Below, one piece after another: positions 63,400 to 64,000 of a DNA stretch of 64,000 bases. A program made the translations under genes and the position numbers. The stretch comes from Lama glama (taxonomy: Eukaryota), in NCBI GenBank assembly GCA_028534125.1, contig CM052816.1, positions 52,020,001 through 52,084,000 of the forward strand, given 5' to 3'. Each line of letters opens with the position of its first letter. The stretch's first letter is position 1. The notes beneath the pieces were generated by a model. It saw nothing but the letters and a program-made list of their open reading frames with translations, made no database searches and was not told the DNA's origin.

Positions 63400-64000
63400 A
63401 TATTACAAGATAAAAACATAAATTAATACTTTCACTACTCTGGGCAAAGAGAAGGTCTACATAGAACTGCCTCCATTCAAAGATAAGAAAAATAATTGTA
63501 TATGACCCATGCAAAAATAATTTTTATAATTTAGAAAAGTGTTATAACATGAAAAGATAAAAGAATATACATCTGAAGAATTCCTTCTGAAAATTCAAGA
63601 AACTTTTAGGGAAAAATGCATCATATGCTGTCTTAGGATCTGAAAAGAACAGAAAGAGGAGATAGCTATGCAGAATAAGAGTACAATTGATGAGCAATCA
63701 GAGATCAAAGTTATTATTAAAAGAGTAACCATATTGAGCTCAGACAATAGTAAACATCTGATAATTGAATTTTCTGAAGAAGATAACAGAACAGGAAACA
63801 GAAAAAAATATGTTCAAATATTATAGTAGAAGAAAACTTTTCCGTATGAAAGGAAAGCTATAATATGCATAAAGAGATCAATATGTTTCAGGAAAAAAGA
63901 ATAGAATATGATCATTAATGAATCAAATTCTGGTTAAATAGCTGAACTTAAAGGATAAAGAATCATACAAGTATGTATGCGCAGGAAAATGTCATCCTAA
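63400..64000 (+). mobile_element. Decayed L1/HAL1 ORF1-like region
   Basis: A-rich; ataattgaattttctgaagaag, gaagaaaactttt, attctggttaaatagctgaacttaaaggataaagaatc resemble L1 ORF1 motifs. Confidence 0.5.

Noticed and set aside
54655..64000. 3' exons of neighbouring MSH3 expected upstream by synteny
   Set aside because: No MutS-like coding sequence recognised; the region is nearly all repeats.

Overview
Mammalian genomic DNA, most likely camelid: there are three tRNA-derived SINEs of the Vic-1-like type, artiodactyl-type L1 3' ends, and no recognisable Alu, Bov-A/BovB or PRE1. The only supportable protein-coding sequence is the first coding exon of RASGRF2 on the minus strand (29731->29444, 288 nt, 96 codons, start of the N-terminal PH domain). 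It lies in a CpG island (~29330-30360). Positions 1-29443 are the 5' part of a very long intron 1; no exon 2 was seen. Positions ~30400-64000 are upstream intergenic DNA rich in L1, L2, MIR, MaLR/ERV LTR and hAT relics, with a 500-N assembly gap at 54155-54654. I did not find a convincing new multi-gene system. The most interesting observations are: (1) a strong-context, in-frame 6-codon uORF just upstream of the RASGRF2 ATG; (2) recursive-splice-site/poison-exon-like architectures in intron 1; (3) a ~340-bp 'mini-L1' joining an apparent L1 5' end to an L1 3' end; (4) a fossil ERVL pol remnant; (5) one L1 target site used twice; (6) a ~670-bp degenerate CA tract abutting the promoter. All repeat family names come from recalled consensus similarity, not database searches.
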